Shown: piece after piece, positions 50,375-62,891 of the stretch
Position numbering within the stretch: the stretch's first letter is position 1
Layout of the letters: every line of letters begins with the position of its first letter
Source: Centroscyllium fabricii
Lineage: Eukaryota
Direction of reading: 5' to 3'
DNA length: 64,000 nt
NCBI GenBank assembly: GCA_051313645.2
Contig: JBNRSN020000012.1
Coordinates: 79,794,001 to 79,858,000, forward strand
Notes under the pieces: model-generated
The model's database searches: none
What the model was told of the DNA's origin: nothing
The model's input: only the letters and a program-made list of their open reading frames with translations
Made by a program: the position numbers and the translations under genes

Positions 50375-51580
50375 TACATAAGAACATAAAAAATAGGAGC
50401 AGGAGTAGGCCAATCGGCCCCTCGATCCTGCTCCGCCATTCAACAAGATCATGGCTGATCTGATCCTAACCTCAATTTTACTTTTACTCTCCATCCCGCC
50501 CAAACCCATGTGATCACGCGGGGCAGGCGAAAAAACAGATAAAAACCCAGTGGCCAATTTGGGAGAAAAAAACTGGGAAATTCCTCTCCGACCCAAACAG
50601 GCGATCGAAACTTGTCCAGGAGATCACATGGCCGATCTGAACCTAGCCTCACGTCCACTTACCTGCCCGCTCACCGTAACCCCTAATTCCCTTTACTTCC
50701 AGGAAACTGTCTATCTCTGTTTTAAATTTATTCAATGTATTAGCTTCCACCGCTCTTTGGGGCAGCTAATTCCACAGCCCCACCACCATCTGAGTGAAGA
50801 AGTTTCTCCTCATCTCAGTTTTGAAATGGGAGGCCCTTATTTTAAGATTATGCCCCCGAATCCTAGTTTCACCCACCATTGGGAACATCCTCACCGCATC
50901 CACCCGATCAAGCCCTTTCACAATCTTATATGTTTCAATAAGATCGCCTCTCATTCTTCTGAACTCCAATGAGTAGAGGCCCAATCTACTCAACCTCTCA
51001 TCATATGTTAGCCCCCTCATCCCCGGAATTAACCTAGTGAACCTTCTTTGCACTGCCTCGAGAGCAAGTATGTCCTTTCTTAAATATGGACACCAGAACT
51101 GCACGCAGTACTCCAGGTGTGGTCTCACCAATACCCTGTACAATTGCAGCAAGACCTCCCTGTTTTTATACTCCATCCCCTTAGCAATAAAAGCCAGCAT
51201 TCTGTTTGCCTTCCTGATCATCTGCTGCACCTGCATACTAACTTTTTGTGTTTTCTGCACCAGGACCCCCAGATCCCTTTGCACTGAAGTACTTTCCAGT
51301 TTCTTTCCATTTAGATAATAACTCGCTCTATTATTTTTCCTACCAAAGTGCATAACTTCACACTTTCCAGTATTATATTCCATCTGCCAAATCTCTGCCC
51401 AATCACTTAGCCTATCTATGCCCTTTTGCAGGTTTTTAATGTCCTCCTCACTCATCACACTCCCTCCCACCTTTGTGTCACCCGCAAACTTTGATATGTT
51501 GCACTTGGTCCCTTCCTCCAAATCATTAATATAGATTGTAAAGAGTTGGGGTCCCAGCACCGACCCTTGCGGAACACCTC
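50375..51580 (-). mobile_element. 5'-truncated CR1 LINE nested in the DNA transposon
   Basis: GVPQGSVLGPQLFTIYINDL...FAGDTK...WQMEYNTGKC...VRPHLEYCVQFW; (CATAAGAA)n tail. Confidence 0.92.
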
Positions 51581-53589
51581 GGCGGGGAGAGAGAGTGAGG
51601 GAGCCCACGGCCTGCGGAGGCTTCACAGAATGTTTGGTAAATGAGGGAAGAATGTTCAGAGTGGAGAGAGAGAAAGAGAGACACCCTGGCAGAGAGGGGC
51701 AGAAACCGGGCCAATGCAACTAAAGACACAATCACAATCTATGGCTTTATATTGAAGCATTTTAATAAAAATGTAAAATCTTTATTTATTTCTTTAAAAA
51801 TTTCAGGCAAGTGAAATTTGTGTTTGGGCAAGTGTTTTAGAAATCCACTTGCCCGACTGGGCAAGTGTTAAAACATTTTTTGTAGCACCCTGCCATACAT
51901 AACACACAATAAATATACCATACATAACCCACCACAATAAATGAACCATGCATAACCCACCACGATAAATATACCATACATAACCCACCACAATAATTAT
52001 ACCATACATAACCCACCACAGTAGATGAATCATACATAACACACAATAAATGTACCATGCATAACCCACCACAATAAACGTACCATACATAACCCACCAC
52101 AATAAATATAACATACATAAGGCACCACAATAAATGTCAATACATAACGCACCACAATAAATGTACCATACATAACGCACCACAATAAATGTACCATACA
52201 TAATGCACCACAATAAAGGTATCATATACAATGCACTACAATAAATGTATCATAGATAACCATTTTAGCTGCCAAAGCACTAAACGTTTTCATTAAAATT
52301 ATTAGCCTAATTGAATTATTTTTAATACCATAGCTAATGATATACCTTTTACTAATATTAAACTGAATTTACCACACCCTAGTTTAATTTTTTTTACTGA
52401 ATAGGGAAATAACCTGAAATTAAGTGGTAATCAACTAGTCTAATGAGTGTTGGGCAAGTTGTAGTCAACATAAAATGGGTATTCACCTCACAAAATGGTG
52501 AGCAGCCTCTCCACAATAAATGGCCATCAGGCACATAAAAAGTGTCTCTAATGTTTCAATAAGACTTCTTCTGTCATTCTATTTAGAATAGACCATCAAT
52601 ATTCTTTTGCAATGGTGCATTCTCAATTACACACAAAGATTATATTAGATAATATTGCTTTTTCTTCCGAACGTAAAGAAAAAATACAAACATTTTGTAA
52701 CCATTCCAACCAAATACCTTGTTTTAACTCACTTAATTAATTATTATAAAACTACATTACCTGTATGTGCATTTGGGATTTCTGTGATTAGATTTATTTT
52801 CTCATTTACCATTTTTCTTTTAGGAAAAATCTTAAAGATTTGATTAAACAAAAACAGAAGTACAGTTGGATATAGAGTCTATGCTGCGATGGGAAGGCTG
52901 CACACAGGCCTCATATTTATAGATGTAGACTCGGTGGGTGGCATAAGGAGGGGCACACCCCCTCATAATCAGCTTGATGTTAAGCTTTTTTTCTCTTCTA
53001 GCAGCATGTACATCAGCCCTGTAAAATACATAAACTATGACCCTCTCTTACCATCACGAAAAATGTACTCCTTTGCAAGTACTGAAATGGGGGATCTCTC
53101 ATGCAGCCTTTATGCAGTAGCTTTTTGATCTTTATGAGTCACTGAGTAATACTACATTAAGGTTTGAATATTTGCTTTAGCAGAAGCATATTTTTCAGCA
53201 TGTAGCATCAGCTACCAGGATCCCCAATGCTAGCTACTTTATGGGGGCTGGGGAGGAAGAAAGGTTAGAAGCTCAGGCCAAGCAACAAAATGTTATACCT
53301 GTACTTCTATGCCTTGGAAACAATAATATTTTGGACAAGACTTAAAAACCAACCACAGATTATTTTAAGGGATAAGGCCCTATAAACAAAAGCATTATGA
53401 GTTATTATTATTCAAATAACCTGCTATAACTAATTTTCAAATTTTCCAAGATGACAACAAGGATAATGCCATTGTAGCCATGATTCCAGAATATTCCTTG
53501 ACTAGTTAGTCTATTATTTTTTGTGAATACTCAAAAAAAGCCAGAATTCTGAACTTAAGAATCACAGAGCAGTGGTTACTAAAATTAAA

Positions 53590-54140
53590 GAAGTCACACA
53601 ACACCAGGTGGCAGTTTGTGGTGTCGACAGTAGCCATGATGTGGAGGTGCCGGTGTTGGCATGACGAAGGAGTAGCGCTCCGAAAGCTTGTGATTTCAAA
53701 TAAAACTGTTGGACTATAACCTGGTGTTGTGTGACTTCTTGCATTTGTCCACCCCAGTCCAACACCGTCATCTCCACATTATGGCTACTATCGACACCAC
53801 AAACTGCCGGCTCCAAGTGGAGAGGTTCTTCAAGAAGATCGCACATATAGACACAGACATCAAGTTACTACAGAGATGCAGGAAAGCAGACAAGATCCCA
53901 AAAGGACGACACCTTTGTCTGCTATGTTTGTCTCTTTGCTAAGGCGAGATGTGGGAGAGATCAGATTTCTCTCTCCCTTGCATATGTGCTTTCTTTGGAT
54001 CAACTTCACTTCACCTGACGAAGGGGCAGAAGCTCCGAAAGCTTGTGATTTAAAATAAAACTGTTGGACTATAACCTGGTGTTGTGTGACTTCTTGCATT
54101 TGTCCACCCCTGTCCAACACCGGCACCTCCACATCATGGC
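53590..54140 (+). mobile_element. Penelope-like element remnant: inverted piece plus partial tandem pseudo-LTRs with ORF N-terminus
   Basis: ATG 53781 MATIDTTNCRLQVERFFKKIAHIDTDIKLLQRCRKADKIPKG (PLE-like L.RC....IPKG); two direct units with AATAAA; 13-bp TSD TACTAAAATTAAA at 53577-53589 and 54141-54153. Confidence 0.82.
54011..54048 (+). ncRNA. Minimal type I hammerhead ribozyme motif
   Basis: ucac-CUGACGA-a-GGGGC-agaa-GCUCC-GAAA-gcuu-guga; the stem II change is G-U compatible and the loop differs from other copies. Confidence 0.7.
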
Positions 54141-54790
54141 TACTAAAATTAAAACAGACTTTTTGAACAGGTGCAGTTTCTGGGACAGGTCGCTTTGCAA
54201 CCTCTGTTGCTATGCTGCCATTTTGTCTGCTGCAGCATGTTCACAGTGGAGTAGACTATATATAGCAGCACAAACTTTTTTAATGCTTTATTTAAAGGTA
54301 TTCTATAGTGTTTTACCTCAGTTGATACTCTAAAAACAGTAGCTTTAAATTATTTAACAACTGTGGAAACTGGGACTGTTGTTGCCCTAAAATTAGCATT
54401 TTAACTTCTGCTAATGTCACTTTCAAGATGGTGACTAAAACCTTCTGGAGATTAAAGTTATTTTGCATAAAGATGTGCTAAATATTGAGGTGCGGCCACA
54501 TTTACATAGCCAAGACTAAAATCAAATATCTAATAGAAATAACATTTTTTTCTACTTTCATATTTGATACCATACATGTAGAGAAGGTATAAACAGAATG
54601 CTGGATGATAATTAATTGAACATATAAATTATTCTATTCAGAACTTACAAAACTTAAGAGACTTACAGAACTCACTTGTACACGTAATACTTATGAATTA
54701 TTTGTTCCCTTCTATCCTAGACCAGATTCTGAAATCAATGGTTTGCTATTGAGCATCCTCTCCCAGATAAAATTGCCCACAGTAAAAAAA

Positions 54791-55153
54791 AACATAGAAA
54801 CTAGGAGCAGGAGTAGGCCATTCGAGCCTGCTCCGCCATTCAATCAGATCATGGCTGATCATCCAAACCCAGTACCCCGCCCCTGCCCTCTCCCCAAATC
54901 CCTATCGAGCCTGCATCAACACATATCCCACCCTATCCCCATATATTCAATCGCCCTAACACTAAGGGTCAATTTATCATGGCCAATCAACCTAACCCGC
55001 ACATCTTTGGACTGTGGGAGGAAACCGGAGCACCCGGAGGAAACCCACGCAGACACGGGGAGAATGTGCAAACTCCACACAGATAGTACCCGAGGCTGGA
55101 TTTGAACCCGGGTCTCCAGTGCTGTGAGGCAACAATGCTAACCACTGTGCCAC
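54791..55153 (-). mobile_element. HE1-type V-SINE
   Basis: Reverse complement of the family at 31499-31884. Confidence 0.9.
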
Positions 55154-58100
55154 ATATAGATGCTATATAAAAACCAAACACACTTATATATATATATACG
55201 TACATAGACAAGAAAGATTACAATACATGTATATTTGAGGCTCCGGAGGATGCTTAGCGTGAAGCAGCCCCAGAGTGACACCTAATGTCCCAGCACAGCA
55301 CACCGCCGCCACCATCCCCTGCCCACCCCCCTCACACACACACAAATACAGACTGTATGACTGTTCTAGTGCCCAGCCAATCCACACATCATCTGACAGC
55401 ACAGAGAACCAAACATATTTAGTACGAGTACCAAACTCCATTTTCTCATCTGTAGTTTTGAGTTGAGCCATATTTGTCTCCAACTTCAATAAACTCCCTG
55501 TACACACACACATACATATGCACATACACACAGAATATGTACACACATACACAAACCCTAGCTCATGCAATTCATTACAAAGAAGTGATGCTTCACAACA
55601 CAAACTTGCTCTCAGTGCTAACTATGGGGGCAATAAATTAAGAATAAAAAACTGACTCTTTGATTCGAAGCTAAACTGTTCTGTGATGGTATTGAGTGAT
55701 TTGTTTTCAAATGAAGTAATTTGTGCTAATTGGGAATTATTGGAGGTTTTAGACTCAGCATTCATTCTTTAATCTTTTCCATTTATCTTAGTAATGTTTG
55801 AGGTTGGAAGCCAGTGAATGTTAGCAAGATTTTACTGGATGTGACTGTCTGCACTGTCAGTCACAAGTCTCAACAAACTGCCAGCACGGCAGCGCTATAC
55901 AATTTCCCAGAGTAAGGGCAGGTACAGACAAAGGAGAAAGGATACATGATATAATAATGGGATTCTAACAAACAAAAACCTTTATTCCCATCTAGAGAGG
56001 ATGCAATGCACAAAATTAAATTGTAATAATCCCGTGCTGGGCTGCTGGACACGACAAATTGAACCCACTTATACCTGACTGTAAAGTACGTTTGGTGTGT
56101 TATAATTTTGCAAATTTACCTTCTATCCTCACTTTCATAACCAACATAAAAGTATTTTGTGCAATTAAAGATAAATTGATTTGTTGAATAAAACTATCGG
56201 TTTATACTGATATTATTGATTGCATTGACCAGACACCTCAATTGTTTTCCCTCATAGCCTGCTTCTTATTTCACTTTCTCTCTTTGATTTTTCATGGGTT
56301 TTTCATGTAGTTACTGAAAACTGTTCTTGATACTCGCTTATTTTAGTACCCATTGTACCACCCATCAGATGCTGTATTCCCGATCAGCATTCCCTCTTTT
56401 CAGATCCCATTGTATTTGTCCCTTCTTTTTCATTAATTCTCTTCCCGAATCCTTACTATTTTAAATCAAACTATCACAATGTTGTGTTCATTCTTCCGGC
56501 ATTAACTTCAAACTCTCACTGCCTAAAATTGTTTATCAAAAAGCAACAGACATTGACTGTAAAACATCTGGCCAGCGGCACACACCACCAATCACTAATT
56601 GCTGCCCTGCAAAGGGAGGAATCCAAAGCTCCATTAGTGCTTGGAGTGTCTCCCCTTCCTCAGTGAAGCACACTCATGCTCATTGTTGTCTCGGAAGGCC
56701 CTTGACAGAGGGAGTCATTGACTTTTTTCACAGGCTTGCCTGCAGAGTGGGCTGTGTGAAGTGCTATCAAGGCGTTGGTTGTGCATGTGTATAGTTGATG
56801 TTTAAACGTGATCCTTTTGACTAATCAAAAAAATAGATTTCACAGCCAGCCTTGGAAAATTAGGGTTTTCTCACACTCTTTCTCATCTATCTGTAAGATA
56901 TTAAGCTCCATATTCCATTCTGGCATTTATGCATTTATGACCCACTATGTTGTAGTGCTCCATACACATAAAAAAGCCCATCTCCAATTGTATTAAACAT
57001 CAATTTAAACAAAGGCTATTTGAAAAAACATCAATTACATTGAAAATTGTTTTTTACCTAATGCAGTTCTTATCATTTAGATCTTCTGACCTGCCATATA
57101 AAGTGAGCAGCAAAAGATATGCTTATTGCCACACAATTTATTTGAGAAACAAATATGCCAGGCATCAGGACCAGGAACACACTTGATACGTATGTTTCTC
57201 ACAGCTCATCAAAAGTGGCATGTGAGGGCTCAAATTAGAATTGTTTTCACTATTATGGCGCTTTCCTTCCAATCAGATTGTAAGTCAATGATCTCTGGTC
57301 TTTGATTCATGTAGTGTAAATGTTTCTTTAATATTCACTGCAGTCTGAATCCAACTCAGTTTAGAACAAGGCAGTCTTTGAACCAACTGGAGGAAAGTAT
57401 ATCAACCCTAGTATTATGGAACCAAGGGAACACCCAACACATTTCAGTACTTTTTGCTATATTTTAAAGGCAGTATTTGCATCTTGCTTATATTTGAGGG
57501 TCAAAGTTTACATACTGTGATTTTTTTTTTAAATGTCATGTTACTATTCAAAGCTACCTAAGGTTTTAGTTAACGTTTGGACTGTTGGTTAGCCTACAGC
57601 TGCTTAACCTACAGCTCCCCCTTTCACCTAAAGTATGATACTCGGTCCCGCTCGCTACAGTTCTTTCGGCTGTTAGTATTTACATCTCCTAAAATAACTT
57701 ACTAAAATGTACACCATTTCTGCATGTAGTACCGTACTCAACCAAATGGTGGTTTTAATCAAAAATGTATGGCCTACAAACCCTATGTAATGATGCAATA
57801 ATTTGACACAAATTATTACACATTTAAAAGCAAGGGATCAGAATGACAGAAACTGGTTAAGAAAACATGGCACTAAAAATGAGACGACACAAATGATTAA
57901 CAAAGCTCGAGCAAGAGGTCCTCAAGATTTTAAACCAAACTGTGGAGGAAATTAACGTGACCTTTTGCAGCAGCGTCCTGCACTGCCAGGACTCATCATA
58001 CATTTCAAATGTAATCCAATTTGCCTGTCGTTTTCCCAATAAGACTCTTTTGGTATTGCGCCAATGCTATTTCTGCTTTTCCATCAGCAAGTTCATGACC

Positions 58101-58417
58101 TCTTCCTGCCCTCTTGATGACAGTTCATGCCTCAGGATTAAAAACTGCAAGCTCTCAGTGCATTAATTCTGCAATTCATCATTCTAGTGCAAAGGGACAG
58201 TTTCTGTGCAAGGACAGCCCTGTAGATGCTGCAGAACTGGTTCCCAACACATCAGCCTCACGTTAATGCTCAAAGTTAACCTTGCTCAATAGCAAAGGGA
58301 ACAAGACATCCAAGGCAGATTTAAATCAAGGAACCACAGATGCATGTGATCCTTCCATCCTAATGTATTTCTGTTGTTATTCATTCATTAACATTGTCTC
58401 CAGATTACTGTACCATA

Positions 58418-58588
58418 GCAAAATACTGCAGATGCTGGAAATCCGAAATAACAACAGAAAATGCTGGAAAAAACTCAGCGGGCCAGGCACCATCCATGGA
58501 GAGAGAAATAGAGTCGATATTTCTCTCCGTCGATGCTGCCTGGCCTGCCGAGTTTTTCCAGCATTTTCTGTTGTTATTTCTCCAGATT
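58418..58588. mobile_element. Fold-back of the second Penelope-like repeat family
   Basis: GAAATAACAACAGAAAATGCTGGAAAAA..CTC and GAGTTTTTCCAGCATTTTCTGTTGTTATTTC form inverted arms. Confidence 0.6.
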
Positions 58589-59531
58589 AATGTCCTGACT
58601 ACAGCCTGAACGTTATTGAAATCAGGTACAGGTGCAATCGATTTTGTGGGTGTTGTTAGTTTGAAGAAGCAACTTCAAAGTGCACCCTTTCCTTTTGTTT
58701 CTATCTGTGGAAAGTCTTCCTTACAGCGGCCTGGGTTTTCATTGTCTGTCCACACATACATATCACCAGTCTGATCACCAACCCGGAAATGTTTGTTCCA
58801 ATTCACTTGTGTGGCAATCTGCAGACATTATACACACCTCACACACAGAGAGATACAGACAGGGAGAAATAGATCGAGTTCTTCGAGGGTTTTTTTTTTA
58901 GTTACACGAAATGTATCGAGTTGCAAGCAAGGAACCATTTACTTTGTGGCTCCCCATAATAAAAATATTATCAACTGTCTGGATTAGAGATGAGCTGTTT
59001 GTAAGTAACTGGAAGCTTTGCCTTGCATAGTACTCCCGAGAGTTGTAAACCGAACCACAATCCGCTGGTTATAATGAGGCGAAAACCACTCCTAAAAAAG
59101 GAAAACAGTGAAACACCAATTCTCCTTGCAGTTGTTTATTTAATGTGCTGTCATGGTATCTGGGGGATATGCTTCCTTTTAAAAAAAAAATCCACTGAAA
59201 GGAACTGAATCCGCCAGCCCTTGTGCTGAAAACACCAGAACAAGAAGGCATGCAACTCTTAATGTAGGAACTACACCGGGCTGCCACATGAGCAGGTTTT
59301 TTTTTAACCATCCTGCATTCTTTAGATCGGCTTCCTTTCTGGGAATGCAGAGGGAAGGGAAGGGGAGTAAAAGCCAACAGTAATGTGCGAAATTCACTTC
59401 AGACAAAAGGATCCCAGGAGCATATTGAAATTCACACCGTCCCGGCCTCCTTCCATGTCTGCCTTGGATGAGGGGATTGTGCAGGGCGCGCCATCAGCTG
59501 ATCGTGCTGCCGGGACACGGGGCGCAGCACT

Positions 59532-61076
59532 CCAGCCCCCACAGCCCAGCCCAGGACCCCAGACCCCACAGCCCAGCCCAGGACCCCACAGCCCAGCCCA
59601 GGACTCCAGTCCCCACAGCCCAGCCCAGGACCCCAGACCCCACAGCCCAGCCCAGGACCCCACAGCCCAGCCCAGGACTCCAGACCCCACAGCCCAGCCC
59701 AGGACTCCAGAACCCACAGCCCAGCCCAGGACTCCAGACCCCACAGCCCAGCCCAGGACTCCAGACCCCACAGCCCAGCCCAGGACTCCAGACCCCACAG
59801 CCCAGCCCAGGACTCCAGTCCCCACAGCCCAGCCCAGGACTCCAGAACCCACAGCCTAGCCCAGGACTCCAGTACCCACTGCCCAGCCCAGGACTCCGGC
59901 AGTCCCCACTGCCCAGCCCAGCCCAGGACTCCAGTCCCCACAGCCCAGCCCAGCCCAGGACTCCAGTCCTCACTGCCCAGCCCAGGACTCCAGACCCCAC
60001 AGCCTAGCCCAGGACTCCAGACCCCACAGCCTAGCCCAGGACTCCAGACCCCACAGCCTAGCCCAGGACTCCAGACCCCACTGCCCAGCCCAGGACTCCA
60101 GTACCCACTGCCCAGCAGAGCCCAGCCCAGGACTCCAGACCCCACTGCCCAGCCCAGGACTCCAGTCCCCACTGCCCAGCCCAGCCCAGGACTCCAGTCC
60201 CCGCAGCCCAGCCCAGGACTCCAGTCCCCGCAGCCCAGCCCAGGGCTCCAGTCCCCACAGCCAGGCCCAGGACTCCAGTCCCCACTGCCCAGCCCAGGAC
60301 TCCAGTCCTCACTGCCCAGCCCAGGACTCCAGTCCCCACAGCCCAGTCCAGGACTCCAGTCCTCACTGCCCAGCCCAGGACTCCAGTCCCCACAGCCTAG
60401 CCCAGGACTCCAGTACCCACTGCCCAGCCCAGGACTCCAGTACCCACTGCCCAGCAGAGCCCAGCCCAGGACTCCAGACCCCACTGCCCAGCCCAGGACT
60501 CCAGTCCCCACTGCCCAGCCCAGCCCAGGACTCCAGTCCCCGCAGCCCAGCCCAGGGCTCCAGTCCCCACAGCCCAGGGCTCCAGTCCCCACAGCCCAGC
60601 CCAGGGCTCCAGTCCCCACAGCCTAGCCCAGGACTCCAGTCCCCACTGCCCAGCCCAGGACTCCAGTCCCCACTGCCCAGCCCAGGACTCCAGTCCCCAC
60701 TGCCCAGCCCAGGACTCCAGTCCCCACTGCCCAGCCCAGGACTCCAGTCCCCACAGCCCAGCCCAGGGCTCCAGTCCCCCCAGCCCAGGGCTCCAGTCCC
60801 CACAGCCCAGCCCAGGGCTCCAGTCCCCACAGCCTAGCCCAGGACTCCAGTCCCCACAGCCCAGCCCAGGGCTCCAGTCCCCCCAGCCCAGGGCTCCAGT
60901 CCCCACAGCCCAGCCCAGGGCTCCAGTCCCCACAGCCTAGCCCAGGACTGCAGTCCCCACTGCCCAGCCCAGGACTCCAGTCCCCACTGCCCAGCCCAGC
61001 CCAGGACTCCAGTCCCCACAGCCCAGCCCAGGACTCCAGTCCCCACAGCTCCGGTCCCCACAGCCCAGCCCAGGGC
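59532..61076. repeat. 27-bp GC-skewed minisatellite (CCAGCCCAGGACTCCAGTCCCCACAGC)n
   Basis: Direct reading; 9-aa periodic ORFs (TAQPRTPDP, GWAVGTGVL); unit-length variants from gain or loss of 5-nt blocks. Confidence 0.96.
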
Positions 61077-62604
61077 CGCAGCTCAACGCCTAACCTCCGT
61101 CTTTTTAGAGCGAGTAACCGTGCCTCATGCCAGTCCAGCTCCCGTGAACAAAACGCTCATTAAGCACTTCAGGCCTGCTGATGTGTACCGGCCATTATTG
61201 CTCACAGTATTGATTCGCAAATATCAGCAATCAGTACGTGGAATTTCAGTAATAGCGCTAACATTTATATTGCCAAAGACCCGTGCTTTATCTGTGCAGG
61301 GAATGGAAATGGATGGTACAACTGTGAAACTGATGCTTTATCAATTGCATTATGGCGCTTTGCACAGGAATTTATAATTACAGAATCAAAATAAAAACAT
61401 CATTAATATAAATTTAAGCAAAACACTATTACATTTGTGTAAAATAAGATTAATCCCATTTTAGAATTCCTCACAAATATGGACGTCTTTCAGTAAGCTG
61501 CAGTAAAAACAAGGCCATTGAAGTTTTCAGTTTGAACAAAATAAAATTCTGAAACGTCCTGAAAGGTATATTTTCTGGTTTTACTACTGGATGCAATACA
61601 ACTGATCAAAAGTGCTTCTATGAGTAAATATAGTTTCATTTTGCATAATAGATCGTTTTAACATGTATATCAAATTCTTTAATTCACGGTTATGATGAGG
61701 TCAGAATAGCTCAAAAATGTGAATTCTTACAATTTTATTAAATGGGCATATATTAGATTTGGAGAATTCACCGGGCAACCTTTAAAAATATATATATTTC
61801 CCCAAATACCCATTTGGGCCATCATTTATACAAGTTAGGTCCCAATGCAAAAGTTGACAATGCTGTTTTTTGTTATGGTTTTATATGAACAAATGTTCGA
61901 ATGATACGCTGGGGTTAAACACTCAAACTGTACATTAGATTATGTGAATCTCCTGGCAATGTAGCACTGAAACTGTCTAATTACACCATTCCGCCCGCGA
62001 AAGCCGGGTGTTGTTCTGTGAAGTTTCAGAGAAGATCAAACAATGAAAATAAACGCCCCATCGGTTTGCCAGAGCGATACATGACCGGCAAGATGCTGAA
62101 TTTGGCGCAGGGCTTATAATGGGAATATTTAGTCTGAGCTATGAGTTGAAGTCAAGCAATTTTCTGAAAGTGAGACAACCTCGCCTTGTTACCGTCGCTT
62201 CGGAACAAATAGCCTGTGTCTGGTCGCAGCTCGACCGCTCTGGCAAATTCAGTTCTTTGGGCTCTTGTATTCGGAACATGTTCGAAAGGCGGCCGGGGTG
62301 AATTTAGCGCAGGAAAACATTGCTCTAACTGCTGTGATCCCATCCGTGGGGAGAATGTTAATTGTACCCTGTTAACCGGCGGCCCGGCGCCCTGTGATTA
62401 TTCTGACGGTTTAACTGAATATAAGATACAGAACAGAACCGTTTCCAACAGCGAGAATTTACAGGAATTGGCAGACTGCTCATTGACGTAGATGAAGATA
62501 TATTATATCCCAGGATTTCTAGCTGTCACTGAATATAACCGGTTAATGTGTTGGATGTTTGGGAGAGAATTCCAATCTGCACTGTAGCACTCATCAATGG
62601 CACC

Positions 62605-62891
62605 CAGGGCCGGCCCTACCATATAAACGATGTAAACATTTGTTTAGGGCCCCCGATTTGAGAGGGCCCCTCATAGGCCTAAGTGTTTTCATTCTTAAAT
62701 TATAGCCCATGATAGACATACATTGTCCCTGCACAATATTGTGCACAATGTACTAGTGCCGGCAGAAGAAGCCCCCCTTGTGCTTGTGCACACATATCTA
62801 CAGACACAAACAGAAAGGGCCCCCAAAATACCTTGTTTGGGGCCCCCAAAATACCTTGTTTGGGGCCCCCAAATACCTTGAGCCGGCCCTG
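62605..62891. mobile_element. hAT MITE
   Basis: TIR CAGGGCCGGC/GCCGGCCCTG, perfect 8-bp TSD ATGGCACC, three internal copies of GGGCCCCC(A)AAATACCTTG. Confidence 0.92.

Larger units (their letters stand above)
49665..51892. mobile_element. Non-autonomous DNA transposon (hAT-like, 5-bp TSD) carrying captured host sequence
   Basis: Termini CAGGGCATGACAAAA and TTTTGTAGCACCCTG; subterminal palindromes CACTTGCCCG..GGGCAAGTG at both ends; TSD CCATA. Confidence 0.8.
49480..52260. repeat. About 28-bp minisatellite (CCACAATAAATGTACCATACATAACCCA)n, split by a transposon into 49480-49664 and 51893-52260
   Basis: The same unit is read on both sides of the insertion, in register. Confidence 0.9.

Noticed and set aside
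50373-50378. Intact GT donor after the second QKI fragment
   Set aside because: GTACATAAG also occurs at the CR1 tail junction at 42577, so the GT may come from the CR1.
50149-50463. A functional qki gene
   Set aside because: Start codon is ACG, there is a frameshift, no later exons were found and it lies inside transposon termini.
59383-61061. Pro/Gln- and Gly/Trp-rich ORFs
   Set aside because: Translations of the 27-bp minisatellite.
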